The notes beneath the pieces were generated by a model. The model was given only the letters and a program-made list of their open reading frames with translations, did no database searches and was not told the origin of the DNA. Below, in pieces: positions 47,598-57,680 of a stretch of DNA of 64,000 nucleotides (position 1 is the stretch's first letter; every line of letters starts with the position of its first letter). The stretch is from IMG/VR virus record IMGVR_UViG_3300048839_000188, positions 5,990 to 69,989 of that record. One strand, 5' to 3'. This DNA comes from a virus. A program made the translations under genes and the position numbers.

Positions 47598-49888
47598 TGG
47601 CGATTGACACCCAACAAGCAGGACAGGAATTGTTATATTTGGCGCCGGATGCCCAGATTGGGAATGATCCTACCCAAACTATGGATCCTGCTGTGATCGA
47701 AGCCAACCAATTATTGGCCCAACAACAAGCTGAGGCAGAAGCTGCTGAGCGCAAATTAGTAGCTGAGATTATGAACCAATATGATTATGCGCGCCAACAG
47801 AGGAGGCCGTATGAGATTAATTGGTATATCAATGCATCTGCTTTGAGGGGATTTCCTGATGTCAGGTTCAATGTGGACACTGATAGGTTGGAGGTAAAAT
47901 CAGAACCCAAGCACAGACAGCGCAAAAGAATCAATTATATTAAAACTAAATATATTGCGCGTGTGGCGAAATATACGAAGAGCCCGCCTAATCCCACTGT
48001 CCAGCCAGCGACATCAGATAGGGAGGATATCTTCAACGCAAGAGCATCTCAGAAAGCACTCGAATATATCACTCGTCGCGGCCACATCAGGCAGCGTTAT
48101 ATGCAGGTCAATCAGTGGACTCCACTGACTGGTAAGGCATTCTGGGCAATCAGGTGGGACGATAAGGCGATTGGCCATGCTCCCTCATTGGATGCTGTGA
48201 ATGGCCAGAAACTGTTGGCAATGGGCGAAATCAAGGTGGATTTTGTCTCCGCTTTTGAACTATTGCCTGCTGATCCTGGGATTGAACTCTTGGGTGATCA
48301 GCCTTTTATATTGAGAGCCAAATTGGTCAAGGTGAGCGATTTGGAGGCGAGATTCCCAGAATTTGCTGGCGAAATCAGCGGTGAGTCCAAGGATAATGAG
48401 TTGTTCTTCTATCAACGCCAGATTGCAGACTTGGGGACGAGGATGTTGGGCCCTGGTGCACGAGCAGGGACAGAAGATGATGGCGACTCGAAACCATATG
48501 TGCTCAGAATTGAAAGATTCATGAAACCATGTGAGGAATATCCTCATGGACACTATGCAGTTGTGGCATCACAGAAACTGCTCAAACAACAACCAATGTT
48601 GCCGGGATCATTCATCGCATGTAGTCCGGAGAATCCTTATCCGTTTGTAGAATTCGTAGATGACGCCGCACCAGGACAGTTTTGGCCGGATGCATTTGTT
48701 GAACGCTTAGTGCCATTACAAAGTGAATATAATGAATATCGCTCGAAGTTGGCTGAGAACTTGACGATGCACTTTTTCCCCAAACTTGTTGTCTATAAGC
48801 AATTGGGATTGGGACCAAATCAGTATACCACTGAGGCAGGTGAGAAACTGGAAATCAATGCCATCCCCGGTTTGCAGGGGAATCCGTTGCAATTCTTACA
48901 ACCACAATCTGTTGTGGGGGATGCTTGGAACATCATCCAGCATTTGAAGAAAGAATTCGATGATGTTTCATTGATTTATCCATCAACGACAGGTGGTGCG
49001 GGGACAGCTACTAGTGGCTATCAGACATCCTTATTGCAGGAAGCGGCCGACCAAGTGCATGGGCCAGCGATTCAGCGTAACGCAATGGCTCTTGAAGAAG
49101 CTTACATGAAAATTCGGCATTTGATGAAGCAATTCTATGACATTCCGAGGATGATCTCGATTACGGGTAAGAATAATATCCCAGAAGTCTATCAATTCAG
49201 CGCTGATTCAATCGATGAGAATGCCGATGTGAAGATTGAGCCAGATACGATGATGCCTCCACTGAGGAGTGCTAGGTTGGATATGATTCGTCAATGGGCC
49301 GGTGATGGATTGATGGGCGACATTAGAGACCCACAGGTTCTCAAGAGAATTAACGACATAAGCAGGATGGGCGGGTATACGGAATTCGATACCGATCAAG
49401 TCCAGAGAGACCGAGAACAGGCTCAGCATGAGAATATCATGATGATTCAGTTCCAGCCATTGCCGAAGCCTCAACCGTGGGAGAACCATGTTGAACATTG
49501 GGAATCTCATACGGATTTATTCAAGTCCCCCGAAACAAGTGCGTGGACTGAGGAACAATGGCAGCAGAATGTATGGCACGCTATTGTGCATTTGAATTAT
49601 ATCAATCCCCAACAGGCCATGATGATGGCTTCTGAGTTTAACATGCAGCAACCTTTGGCGCAATTGCAATGGCTCCACAGCCAGCAGGTGAATGCTGGTA
49701 TGGCTCAGATGGCTATGGCACAAGGTGGCCCACAACCCGGTGGGATGGGACCACAGAATCCAAATCCGCCCGGTCCACAAATGAATGGTGGTGGAGTCAG
49801 CCAACAAGGGCCGGAACAGGAAATGCAAGGTGGACCAGAAATGGGTCCACAGAATGGCATGCAACCTCAACAGGACATGCCGCAGTAA
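47594..49888 (+). CDS. portal protein (P22-like)
   Basis: 764 aa after terL. LVPLQSEYNEYRS, YDIPRMISITG and DVKIEP motifs, Q/P/G/M-rich tail. Confidence 0.88.
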   Translation: MMAIDTQQAGQELLYLAPDAQIGNDPTQTMDPAVIEANQLLAQQQAEAEAAERKLVAEIMNQYDYARQQRRPYEINWYINASALRGFPDVRFNVDTDRLEVKSEPKHRQRKRINYIKTKYIARVAKYTKSPPNPTVQPATSDREDIFNARASQKALEYITRRGHIRQRYMQVNQWTPLTGKAFWAIRWDDKAIGHAPSLDAVNGQKLLAMGEIKVDFVSAFELLPADPGIELLGDQPFILRAKLVKVSDLEARFPEFAGEISGESKDNELFFYQRQIADLGTRMLGPGARAGTEDDGDSKPYVLRIERFMKPCEEYPHGHYAVVASQKLLKQQPMLPGSFIACSPENPYPFVEFVDDAAPGQFWPDAFVERLVPLQSEYNEYRSKLAENLTMHFFPKLVVYKQLGLGPNQYTTEAGEKLEINAIPGLQGNPLQFLQPQSVVGDAWNIIQHLKKEFDDVSLIYPSTTGGAGTATSGYQTSLLQEAADQVHGPAIQRNAMALEEAYMKIRHLMKQFYDIPRMISITGKNNIPEVYQFSADSIDENADVKIEPDTMMPPLRSARLDMIRQWAGDGLMGDIRDPQVLKRINDISRMGGYTEFDTDQVQRDREQAQHENIMMIQFQPLPKPQPWENHVEHWESHTDLFKSPETSAWTEEQWQQNVWHAIVHLNYINPQQAMMMASEFNMQQPLAQLQWLHSQQVNAGMAQMAMAQGGPQPGGMGPQNPNPPGPQMNGGGVSQQGPEQEMQGGPEMGPQNGMQPQQDMPQ

Positions 49889-50038
49889 ACACTTTGATTT
49901 GCAGTGATCGGTAAATCCATAGTATCCCCACAACGCAAGGGGCTATGTTTAATTTCACATTTCTAGGAGACACACACACAACAGCAGATAATGAGAGTTG
50001 TGTGGTCCAACCAAAAAATGGTTCGAAAGGAGCGTTGA

Positions 50039-51049
50039 ATGAGCAAGGAATTAGATTATCAAGCAGGTCCGGATTTCGCAGCATTGGCCGCAAAAGCACA
50101 GCATTTTGAAGATGCAGCGATAACCAATGACAAAGTAGATTTGGAGAAATCAGAAGAAACAACACTGACTCAGGAACAATCGGATTTGTCATCCAATGAG
50201 CAGCAAGTTGAATCTCAGGGAAAGGTGCTTGAATTAACTGACGACGCACTGGTAAGGGTCAAGATTGATGGTGAGATTCAAGAAGTTCCGTATAAGGAAT
50301 TCAAGGATTCACTTCAACGCGAGGCCGCGTGGCACAAGAAGAATCAGGAATTTGCAAAAGGTCGCAAGGAGACTGAGGAGTTGTTCATTCGGCAGTATGC
50401 TGAATTGGAATCCGCAGCCCGACAGTTGAAGGCTTATGAGCAGGGATTGGCGCAGAAATATGGCCAACTCCAGACTCAACATCAGCAAGCGACTACCGTT
50501 CAGCAAAAGGAACAGATTCGAGATGAGATTGCGACACTTAGCGAAGTGCGTCAAGAAGCTGAAAGGCTTGGTCAGACGATTGAACAGAAGATCGCTGCTC
50601 GTGACCAGCAGATTAATAGACAGATTGTGGAAGCAGCAAAACAGGTCAAACAGGAATTCGAACAACAGAAGGAGATGAATCGTTTCACACAGATGCTCAA
50701 TAAGAATGTCTTGGAGAACGATCAATATCAAGTTCTGAAGGAAGTGATTCCGAATTTTGAACAAAACCTGAGATGGGCTGTGGTCCAGTTGGGGCCTCAG
50801 TCATTGGAAGAAGGTGCTGAGTATGCTGTCACAATTGCTAATGATTGGGCTTCGAAGTTCAAATCTAAAATCGCAGCGACACAACAGAGGGCCGATGACA
50901 AAAAGGCAAAGGCTCTATTGGAACCAAGTGATGGGTCCCCAATTCCGCCAAAGAATGCGCAGAAACAACAGAAACAATCATTCATTGGCAAAGATGGAAA
51001 GTGGGATCACAAGGCTTTGAGAGAAGCTGCATCACGTTTATTGGATTAG
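50039..51049 (+). CDS. capsid scaffolding protein
   Basis: VKIDGEIQEV..KE...SLQR.A.W.KK.QE motif, coiled coil, lies between portal and capsid. Confidence 0.8.
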   Translation: MSKELDYQAGPDFAALAAKAQHFEDAAITNDKVDLEKSEETTLTQEQSDLSSNEQQVESQGKVLELTDDALVRVKIDGEIQEVPYKEFKDSLQREAAWHKKNQEFAKGRKETEELFIRQYAELESAARQLKAYEQGLAQKYGQLQTQHQQATTVQQKEQIRDEIATLSEVRQEAERLGQTIEQKIAARDQQINRQIVEAAKQVKQEFEQQKEMNRFTQMLNKNVLENDQYQVLKEVIPNFEQNLRWAVVQLGPQSLEEGAEYAVTIANDWASKFKSKIAATQQRADDKKAKALLEPSDGSPIPPKNAQKQQKQSFIGKDGKWDHKALREAASRLLD

Positions 51050-51068
51050 ATGAAAGGAATTAAAAACT

Positions 51069-53604
51069 ATGGGTTTTGATTACGCAACAGCGGCAACTCC
51101 GATTCTCAAAGAGGTGTAAACGAAAGAATGCACTAGACGCTTCGGGTTTGAATAATCTGCTCTTGAAAAAGGAGAGTGGTCATGAATAGAAAGAGAAGCC
51201 AGCTTCAATCATATTTGGCTGGTGTGTTCGATGGTGAAGGCCATGTAGGCATTCACAAGCAAGAAAAAGGCTCTTATCAATTGAAGGTGTGTATGCAGAT
51301 GGACGACCCACAAGCAGTGATGCTGATGTGGAGAGAATATCCAGAAGCAATTTTATCGCATCATCACGAGAAGAAGTTTTGGAAAGTCGCCTTGAACCAA
51401 CACAAGGCTGCGAGATTTTTAGAAGAAATCATTCCATTTCTGATTGTTAAGAAAGAACAAGCCAAGGTGGCGAGGTCTTTTTTATCGCACAGAGCCCAAG
51501 AACACACTGGAAAAAGAAGTGGTGGCACGCAATGTGGTAGATGTCAGTATTTATTTGCTGCATTGTTAAAAGCACGAAGCGACAATAAAAGGGTGAATTC
51601 GGTGAATGCGTTTCTCGATTACGAGTTACGAGAATACCGAGCCAAGCGAGAAGAAGTTGAACAGGATGTGCAGCAGATAAATGCACGAATGAAAGTTCTT
51701 CTTGAAGGTGTAGAGACTAGGCATAGGGATTCAACGCCCGTTGAGGCCATAAGCGCCCTTGAGAAAGATATAGTCCAATCCGAGACGAATTGATTTACCG
51801 TCTCTTCAGGAATTGCTGCCCAATAGCACACCGCTATTGAAACAGATTGAAAAGGACATTGTTCCGACTGAGGGTGGAAGTTTTGTTATCGCTATTCACC
51901 GCACAAGGAACTCAGCAGCAGCAGTAGCTAGGGCCGAGAGTGGCACATTGCCAACAGCCGGTCAGCAGGGCTATGTGCGTGCAATCGTGCCTGTTAAGCA
52001 GCTTTACTCACGCATCAGTGTGACTGGTAAGGTTATTGCTGCAACAAAGAGCAACAAGGGCTCATTTGTGAGAGCTATTGACTCAGAAATGCAGTATGTG
52101 ATGAAGGACACCAAGAGGAGTCTCAATCGGCAGGTGAATGGTGACGGAACTGGCGCATTGTTCTATTGGACAGGCGCTGATGACACATCAGGAACAAACG
52201 TCGATGACAACTTGGGCAATAGGCCATATGAATTGCCGCCTACTATCACAGTAGATGTTGTGGACGCATCTTCAACAGATGACACTACGACATTGGGAAC
52301 AGACATTGCAGTTGTGCGCGGAACACAGGGCACAAGTTCGACGGCAATCACATGGACTGGCACTGTCACAGGCTCAGCAGATGGCGACTATGCCGTTCTG
52401 CCGGGAACAAATGGCAAGGAAATCGTTGGTTTGCAAGCAATTGTAAGCGCATCGAATCCTCCGACATTGGCAAGTGGATTGCACGGATTGCCAGTGACTA
52501 CCTATCCTGATTGGGTAGCTGTCACAATTGGTGCTGATGCAACTAGAAGGGATTTTGAATTCAAGGATCTCCAACAGTTGATCAGCAGGATCACCACAGA
52601 GAGCGATGCCGAGACAGGTGACTTGAAGTTCATTCACTCGCACACAGCGATGAGGGACACATATGTCAAGGCATGTCAGGATCAGAGGATGTTCTACAAC
52701 ACCATGAAGTTGGACGGTGGTTGGGAGGTTGTATCCTATAATGGCAAGCCATGGAACGACGACCCACAGTGCCGGAGAAACGCTGTCTATGTGTTGAGTC
52801 CATCAAGCATGAAGTTGATGCAGATGGCACCACTTGATTGGATAAACGACCTACACTCCAACACAAGTAATGTGTTGGCTGTCTAATTATCTGTCCAATC
52901 TTTAAATTTCGCTATATGCTGGAAACTCCTAAAGCCTTTTTCCCTAATGATGGAAAAGTAGAAAGGATATTTAAAATGGACAATCAGCAGGAAAGACTTT
53001 TACACTGGCTTGGTGGATTTATTGACGGAGAAGGATGTTTTGGCATCTATAGGAAGAATGAAGCAGGCAAAATTTTTCATTATCCTATTCTTGATATTGT
53101 AAATACAAATCCACTGGATATTGACAGAGCGGCTGACATCATCAAAAGGCACACTGGTTGCCACATTGATTGCAAAGCCGATGGAATTAATAGACCTAAA
53201 TGGTCACTTAGAGTGCTTGGGTTCAAGCGCATGAGGCAATTACTTCCAGTCATTATTCCTTATCTGCACGGTAAACAAGAAGAGGCGCAACTGCTATTGG
53301 AATTTTGCAGCAGTGAACCTGATGAAAGTTTACGAGAAGATATGAAAGCACAATTGAGTGTGTTGAAGAATCCTCAGAGACTTTACGCGAAACGATTCTT
53401 GCATTTGAGAATTGATGATAAAGTCCAGCAATTAATGAAAATTAATTGATGTCTTTAAGGGATAAAGACGGTTCGATCTTCTACCGCCTCTCAGGTGGTG
53501 ATATCGACGGATACGGCGCAACATTGTTTGGTTACATGGAGCTAGGTTGTTTGGCTAGGAACCAGAATGGTGTTCTACTTGGACTTAACGAAATCTGGTC
53601 TTAG
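51069..53604 (+). CDS. major capsid protein, three exons (51069-51117, 51793-52843, 53460-53604), 414 aa spliced
   Basis: Joined frame reads MGFDYATAATPILKEV-Y-LPSLQELL ... APLDW-M-DKDGSIFYRL...NEIWS-stop. Confidence 0.88.
51118..51792 (+). mobile_element. group I intron 1 in the capsid gene
   Basis: Exon ends in U with P1 GGUGU/GCACU. Core GAATTCGGTGAA, AATACCGAGCC, GTAGAGACT, GATATAGTCC. Terminal G. Confidence 0.9.
51176..51793 (+). CDS. intron-encoded LAGLIDADG homing endonuclease
   Basis: YLAGVFDGEG and IIPFLIVKKEQA. Confidence 0.88.
   Translation: MVMNRKRSQLQSYLAGVFDGEGHVGIHKQEKGSYQLKVCMQMDDPQAVMLMWREYPEAILSHHHEKKFWKVALNQHKAARFLEEIIPFLIVKKEQAKVARSFLSHRAQEHTGKRSGGTQCGRCQYLFAALLKARSDNKRVNSVNAFLDYELREYRAKREEVEQDVQQINARMKVLLEGVETRHRDSTPVEAISALEKDIVQSETN
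52844..53459 (+). mobile_element. group I intron 2 in the capsid gene
   Basis: P1 GAUUGGAU/GUCCAAUC. Core ATGCTGGAAA, AATCAGCAGG, TCAGAGACT, GATAAAGTCC. Terminal G. Confidence 0.9.
52976..53449 (+). CDS. intron-encoded LAGLIDADG homing endonuclease
   Basis: MDNQQERLLHWLGGFIDGEGCF and IIPYLHGKQEEA. Confidence 0.85.
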   Translation: MDNQQERLLHWLGGFIDGEGCFGIYRKNEAGKIFHYPILDIVNTNPLDIDRAADIIKRHTGCHIDCKADGINRPKWSLRVLGFKRMRQLLPVIIPYLHGKQEEAQLLLEFCSSEPDESLREDMKAQLSVLKNPQRLYAKRFLHLRIDDKVQQLMKIN

Positions 53605-53612
53605 GTTTGGAG

Positions 53613-53641
53613 TTGACATTTACCTTCTAATCTGAGATAAT
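53613..53641 (+). promoter_or_regulatory. promoter for the HNH gene
   Basis: TTGACA-17 nt-GATAAT. Confidence 0.65.
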
Positions 53642-53683
53642 ATACTGAGTAATATCACTCAGTTGTCCAGAAAGGAAGGAATA

Positions 53684-54259
53684 ATGCGCACCAAAGAAGA
53701 ACATGCAAAGTATATGAGGGAATATAATAAACTCCCTCATGTAAAAGAAAAAGTTAAAGCCCGAAATTTAGCCTATAAGGAAAAACGTAGGGCTGAACTT
53801 TCCCAAAAAGAACGCGAACGCTACTATGCAAATCATGAGCAGGAATTAATCAAACGGCAGCAATATAGAGAAGCTAACAGAGAAGCAATCAGAGAAAAAC
53901 ATCGTATCTATTCAAAAACATGGCGTGAGAATAATAAAGAAAAGATCAAAGCCCAACGTGACAAATGCAGAGTCAAACCCGAACAACAAATCAAGAGGCG
54001 CGAAATCAAAGCACGCAGAAGGGCAATAGAGAAAGAGACTTCTGTAGAGCGTATTGATTACAATAGAATTATTGAGCAATCTAATATGATGTGTGGAATA
54101 TGCAAACAATCTATTGGTGATAAGTGGCATTTTGACCACATTATCCCACTATCAGCAGGCGGAACTCATACTTTTGACAACATCCAGTTAGCTCATCCTG
54201 TTTGTAATTTGAGTAAGAATAAAGCATTGATTTTTCCTGCAATTGATGCTATTATATAG
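53684..54259 (+). CDS. HNH homing endonuclease
   Basis: CGIC...HFDHIIPLSAGGTHTFDNIQLAHPVCNLSK. Confidence 0.88.
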   Translation: MRTKEEHAKYMREYNKLPHVKEKVKARNLAYKEKRRAELSQKERERYYANHEQELIKRQQYREANREAIREKHRIYSKTWRENNKEKIKAQRDKCRVKPEQQIKRREIKARRRAIEKETSVERIDYNRIIEQSNMMCGICKQSIGDKWHFDHIIPLSAGGTHTFDNIQLAHPVCNLSKNKALIFPAIDAII

Positions 54260-54419
54260 ATAACTAGTCAGTTTAGATAGACAGTGCAAAACTGTCTATT
54301 CCCGCATTAATTTATCACATACCGTTCTGGTATGTTTCAGTTCAAACTTCACTCTCAAAGATGGGGCATACGCAATGTATGCGCCTGAGTGGGGGTCATA
54401 GGACGGAAAGAAGAAAAAT

Positions 54420-54812
54420 ATGGCAGACATTTCTACGAGTTTAAAGAATCCTCCGGGGATTCCATTCAAGGGCGTCAAGACACTAAGTGCGTCAGAGACA
54501 CTTACTAAGGAAGATCTTGGTAAGTTGATTGTCTTTGATTCCACTACTACTATTGTGGCGACATTGCCCAAGAGTCGTAAGGGCGCGACATTGCATTTCC
54601 AAGTCAGACAGTTGACTACTAGTGGTGGGCACACAATTACACCTGCAACTAGTGAGACTATCTACTTCAAGGGTGGTTCAACGGCATCCAATACTACAAG
54701 TGCACAGTGCAGTGCTGTGACTGACGCTATTGGAGATGGCATGACTATTGTCGGTGATGGCAATGCTGGATGGCATGCTGTGACTGTTCTTGGCACATGG
54801 GCGCGAGTCTAA
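54420..54812 (+). CDS. putative capsid decoration / minor head protein
   Basis: Beta-rich TLP..GA..F motif, lies after the capsid gene. Confidence 0.55.
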   Translation: MADISTSLKNPPGIPFKGVKTLSASETLTKEDLGKLIVFDSTTTIVATLPKSRKGATLHFQVRQLTTSGGHTITPATSETIYFKGGSTASNTTSAQCSAVTDAIGDGMTIVGDGNAGWHAVTVLGTWARV

Positions 54813-54844
54813 TTCACAATTAAGCATATCAATTAAGCATATCA

Positions 54845-54894
54845 AAAAAGCACTCTTACGACATAGAAAAAGTGTGTCCGATGGGTGCTTTTTT
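54845..54894 (+). terminator. intrinsic terminator (A tract and U tract, possibly bidirectional)
   Basis: AAAAAAGCACTC...GGGTGCTTTTTT. Confidence 0.6.
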
Positions 54895-54913
54895 ACTAAG
54901 GAGCACAAAAAGA

Positions 54914-55597
54914 ATGGAGATTCCACAGGAATTCACAGAACGATTAAACAGGGACTTCGATGGCCGATTACGAGTGAAGTGGTCTAATTTCAGCAAACGC
55001 TATCGCATTGAACAGAGAGCGGCTAGGGGTCAGATGTGGCCTGACAAACCCATCCTCGAAAACGACGATGAGCAGCAGATGATTAGGGATGGATACTTTT
55101 TTGTGATGGATATCACACCTGGGGACAAGACTCAATGCGCGAAGTGTAATACTTGGTTGAATGTTCCGATTAGGGAGGTGCGAATCATAGCGTGTCCTGT
55201 TTGCAAGATGATGGGGCGCACTTACAGGATGAATCTAGGATTCTTTCCACTCACTGATTCTCTGATTGATTATTTGAAGGGCATCGATCCCGAAAGAGGA
55301 TTACCGGCGAAAGCAATTGAGAAGATGCGCTCTAATAATGAACAACAGATGTTGAGCATGCAGAGATCGATGAGCAACAATGGCGAGGCTTATGGGAAGG
55401 AGAACTTCAATCGCATTGTGGGGATTCCTCAATTTGGCCACACGGGTAAAGAAACAAGTTGGGAAGATGCTCCTGTGAAGCAGATTAGTAACGAGCGCCA
55501 GAAGCAGGGAATAGCATATAAGGAGCAATGGGAAAAAGATGGGGAGGCATTTAAGCCCGTTCAAAGTCCGACAATTGTGGTGGCGAAAAACCACTAG
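54914..55597 (+). CDS. hypothetical protein with zinc ribbon
   Basis: Start MEIPQ after GGAG. CAKC and CPVC motifs. Confidence 0.6.
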   Translation: MEIPQEFTERLNRDFDGRLRVKWSNFSKRYRIEQRAARGQMWPDKPILENDDEQQMIRDGYFFVMDITPGDKTQCAKCNTWLNVPIREVRIIACPVCKMMGRTYRMNLGFFPLTDSLIDYLKGIDPERGLPAKAIEKMRSNNEQQMLSMQRSMSNNGEAYGKENFNRIVGIPQFGHTGKETSWEDAPVKQISNERQKQGIAYKEQWEKDGEAFKPVQSPTIVVAKNH

Positions 55598-55943
55598 AAA
55601 TCACATCGAGAGACTCAAAAAGATAGGTAAGTGGCACGGACTACCACGACTGACACTCAATGAATGGATGCAAAGGTGGGAACAATTCGATCATCGTTGC
55701 GCGTATTGTTTGGCGCAGTTCAACAATGTGCGGGAAGTCACAATCGAACATCTGGTGGGAATCCAAGAAGGTGGCACTCATAGGATTGAAAATGTTGTCC
55801 CTGCTTGTTTGAAGTGCAATCAGCAAAAAGGCACGCGAACGGTGAAGGAATTCACTGCGATGGATATCGATGATTTCATCATTGACCGTGTGGAGAAGAT
55901 TGAGAAAATGAAGGAGCAGAAAGGATCAGAAGATCATGAGTGA
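55539..55943 (+). CDS. HNH endonuclease
   Basis: CAYC...TIEHL...GGTHRIENVVPACLKCNQQK. Confidence 0.85.
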   Translation: MGRHLSPFKVRQLWWRKTTRNHIERLKKIGKWHGLPRLTLNEWMQRWEQFDHRCAYCLAQFNNVREVTIEHLVGIQEGGTHRIENVVPACLKCNQQKGTRTVKEFTAMDIDDFIIDRVEKIEKMKEQKGSEDHE

Positions 55944-56277
55944 TGTGGCGTTTTTTGGTAAACTCGACCAATATGCGCGTGAAAGAATAACGGTGTCAAC
56001 TACTGCGGTTGGATTCACAACTTCAACTTTGGAAAACTGGCAGACTCACACTGAGAACCAAGTAGCCAAGGATCACAAGGCTTCTGTGGTTCTCATTACG
56101 GTTGTGACTAATGGTATCTATTACACAACAGACGGCACAACGCCATCGGCCAGTGCTGGTAATGAACTGACAACAGGTGACCAGTTGACATTGAGCGGAT
56201 TCCAGAAGTTGAAAGACTTCAGGGCCATCAGGAATAGTGGCTCAGATGCCACTGTTGAAGTTTTCTACTACAAGTAA
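55936..56277 (+). CDS. small beta-rich virion protein
   Basis: YTTDGTTPS..G motif, ends VFYYK. Confidence 0.6.
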   Translation: MSDVAFFGKLDQYARERITVSTTAVGFTTSTLENWQTHTENQVAKDHKASVVLITVVTNGIYYTTDGTTPSASAGNELTTGDQLTLSGFQKLKDFRAIRNSGSDATVEVFYYK

Positions 56278-56289
56278 GGATTTAGGATT

Positions 56290-57624
56290 ATGAAGAGAAT
56301 ACTTTTAACTCTCATTCTTGTTCTGTGCACGGCGACATATGTCAGTGCACAGGCAACAAATCAGGCACCGGGGACAGTTAATGCAACTGTTGACACTACG
56401 GATTTGGAGGCTCTATTTGGGGCAACTCCAGCAGCAGCAGCAGATAATACTGCGAATCCCACATTTGGCTCAATTGGATCATTTCTGTTTGGCTTTGAAG
56501 GAACTACGTGGGACAGGATTACATCCACTTCTGGATCATTGAATGTCAATATCACAGGCGGTTCATCGGCTGGAACACAGTATACTGAGGGTGACACTGA
56601 TGCGACTATTGTGGGCACTGCGCTTTTGTTTGAGGGCGCTGGTAATGCATTAGTGGCCGCACCCGGAACTGCCGCAGATGGGCTTTTGGTTAATCTAGGA
56701 GCAAACAATGATGTGACGGTAACTGGAACTGTGACGGCAAATGCTGGCACTAACTTAAATACGTCTGCATTGGCTCTGGAGAGTGGTGGAAATTTAGCTG
56801 CCGCAGCAACATCATTGGCCACATTGGATAATGCAATTAGTGGCAATGAAATGCAGGTTGATTGTGTGTCGGGATGTTCTGGCGGGACTCCAGTTGATGA
56901 TGATGGTTCTGTGCCGGGTGGAACTAGTGTTCCTACACAGATTGCATTTCTACACTATTGGACAGGTTCAGCATGGGCAAGGGCTTCACAAGCTGCTGGC
57001 GGTTCTGGAACGATTGACTCTGATACTACAAGAGTAACGATTGCTACGGATGATATTGTGAATGATGCAATGGTTGAGCTAGCCGCTGCTATCAGCACTG
57101 AAGTTCAAGTGGATATCGTTGGTGCATTGCCTGCTGGAACAAACAATATTGGCGATGTAGATGTTCTTAGTATTGCTGCTGGCGATAATAATATTGGTAA
57201 TGTAGATATTGCATCGGCTATTCCTGCGGGCACAAATACAATTGGCGGAGTGACTCCAGTTGCAGCAACATCGGGTGGAGCAGATGCATACACACATATC
57301 TCAGCAGGTTCAACAGAAGATGAACATGCTGTGAAGGCAACTGCTGGGACACTTTATAGTATTACGACTACAAATACAAATGCGGCTGTTAGATATTTGA
57401 AATGTGAGAATGACACAGCGGCTAACACGGCACCCGGAACTGATACTCCTGAATTGAGGATTGCAATTCCCGGCGCAACAACTGGTGCTGGGTTCACGAC
57501 GTCATTCCCAACAGGATGGAGTTTCTCGACAGCATTGACATGTTGGTTGGTTACAGGTGCGGCTGACTCAGACGTAGCAGAAGTAGCTGCGAATGAAATC
57601 ATGGTCTTTTACACTTATAAGTAA
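56290..57624 (+). CDS. fibre/decoration-like protein with N-terminal signal peptide
   Basis: MKRILLTLILVLCTATYVSA-Q leader, repeated LPAGTNNIGDVD units, ends VFYTYK. Confidence 0.65.
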   Translation: MKRILLTLILVLCTATYVSAQATNQAPGTVNATVDTTDLEALFGATPAAAADNTANPTFGSIGSFLFGFEGTTWDRITSTSGSLNVNITGGSSAGTQYTEGDTDATIVGTALLFEGAGNALVAAPGTAADGLLVNLGANNDVTVTGTVTANAGTNLNTSALALESGGNLAAAATSLATLDNAISGNEMQVDCVSGCSGGTPVDDDGSVPGGTSVPTQIAFLHYWTGSAWARASQAAGGSGTIDSDTTRVTIATDDIVNDAMVELAAAISTEVQVDIVGALPAGTNNIGDVDVLSIAAGDNNIGNVDIASAIPAGTNTIGGVTPVAATSGGADAYTHISAGSTEDEHAVKATAGTLYSITTTNTNAAVRYLKCENDTAANTAPGTDTPELRIAIPGATTGAGFTTSFPTGWSFSTALTCWLVTGAADSDVAEVAANEIMVFYTYK

Positions 57625-57680
57625 GGATTAAAGAAATGGCATATACAACTGCGACGCAACATATCAGGCAGGATTCTTGG

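Noticed and set aside
51813-52886. 357 aa ORF as the complete capsid protein
   Set aside because: It has no RBS and an unnatural C-terminus. It is exon 2 plus intron read-through.
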